This document shows, one piece after another, positions 63,000 through 64,000 of a stretch of 64,000 bases of DNA (positions are counted from its first letter, which is position 1; every line of letters begins with the position of its first letter). A program made the translations under genes and the position numbers. Below the pieces are notes generated by a model. It was not told the DNA's origin, searched no databases, and was given only the letters and a program-made list of their open reading frames with translations. Origin of the DNA: the human T2T-CHM13v2.0 reference genome, Homo sapiens; NCBI RefSeq assembly GCF_009914755.1, contig NC_060930.1; one strand, written 5' to 3'.

Positions 63000-63960
63000 C
63001 GCTTTTATTCATTCCAAGTATTTATCGAACCTGCTGTTACAGGATACAGTGCATCCTGCATAAGGATACAGTGATGAACAAAGCAGACAAGATCCCCGCA
63101 GTCCTGTAGTTTACATTCTTATGGGACAAAGACTAATAGTGAACAAGTAAAACATGAAATAATAATTTCCATGTAGAGAAGTGTAATGGGTTGATGTGAT
63201 AGACTGACAGTATGATTTCTTTAAATCGCATATTCAGGGAAACTCTTTACTATGAAGCTAACATTTAACTAAAGACTAAATGGGGAATTGGCAGTGCCAC
63301 GATCATAAGAATGGCTTTTCCAGATAGGGAAGAGGTTGTGCTAAGTTACTAATCCAGGAATGAGTTTGGCATGTCAAAGAACAGAAAAAAGGGGCCACTA
63401 AGGCTGGAGCTTAGAGAGGAAAGGAGACAATGTTATGAGACGGGTTTGGAGAGACTGGCTGGGACCTACGTCATAAAAGGTTTTTGTAAGGTGATCTGAA
63501 GCATTTGGATTTTATATTAGTGCGATAGAAGCTTTCAGAGCATTTGAGATAGGGAAGTATTGTTACCTGATAAATATTTGAGATTTTTAAACACAGTCTT
63601 TTGCATGTGATTTATAATTTGGCATAAATAGAAGTTTAAATCAGTGGCAATCAGTTAAGGCTGGGCAAGTTCCTCTCTAAATGGAGGTGTGTTACAAAGG
63701 AAAATCAGTAATAGTCTGTAAGTACTCAAAACTATCTCAGCAAGGTCTAGGAGTTGGGGAGGTAGAAAGACAGAGGTAAAACCAATCTTTTTGGTGGGGG
63801 AGGTGGGGATTGGAAGGGTTAAGGTGGAAAAATAAAAAGATTTTGAAGGTCTCATCCCATTAGGGATATAATATAATTTGCTTGAGGAAATCATTTGAAT
63901 CTTGGTAACTGTAATAAGCATTGAGAGGGAAGGTAACTATATTCATTTGTTAAATTCAGT
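63000..63960 (-). mobile_element. L2 fragment
   Basis: tattcattcc..tatttatcgaac..ggatacagtgatgaacaa..gtttacattct 3'-end signature. Confidence 0.65.
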
Positions 63961-64000
63961 AAGGAAGCAAAAGAGTATGTTGTGCAAACAGTGTTGTATA

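Overview
Human (primate) genomic DNA, very rich in Alu, L1 and LTR elements. It contains the CpG-island promoter and the first six coding exons of SENP6 (SUMO-specific peptidase 6, + strand). Spliced by hand, the exons (23383-23434, 42390-42483, 44758-44818, 54441-54586, 55567-55671, 61540-61560) give 479 nt encoding [30 protein letters not shown]...VKTAAQSSLDRKER; the gene continues beyond the window. Upstream are an H3F3A-derived processed pseudogene, a 3'-truncated U6 retrocopy inside a MER65-type ERV1 remnant, solo LTRs, and an L1PB insertion showing a twin-priming inversion and an apparent 3' transduction. I see no prokaryote-style novel system, and almost all of the ORF track is repeat- or GC-derived noise. 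The best leads are candidate post-transcriptional controls on SENP6. (i) Intron 5 holds a (UG)23/U23 tract followed by two CCTAAC branch points and a CAG|GTGAGT site, readable as a recursive splice site or a TDP-43-repressed cryptic exon, upstream of a 21-nt NAGNAG microexon. (ii) Intron 2 holds two candidate pseudoexons: a 45-nt in-frame one with an ATGA|GTAAGT donor and a stop-containing one. (iii) Intron 3 is GC-AG. (iv) The 5' leader holds four uORFs, including a poly-Arg peptide and a strong-Kozak Met-Asp-stop, plus a possible CUG-initiated Arg-rich N-terminal extension. Repeat subfamily names and boundaries come from visual recognition and are approximate.
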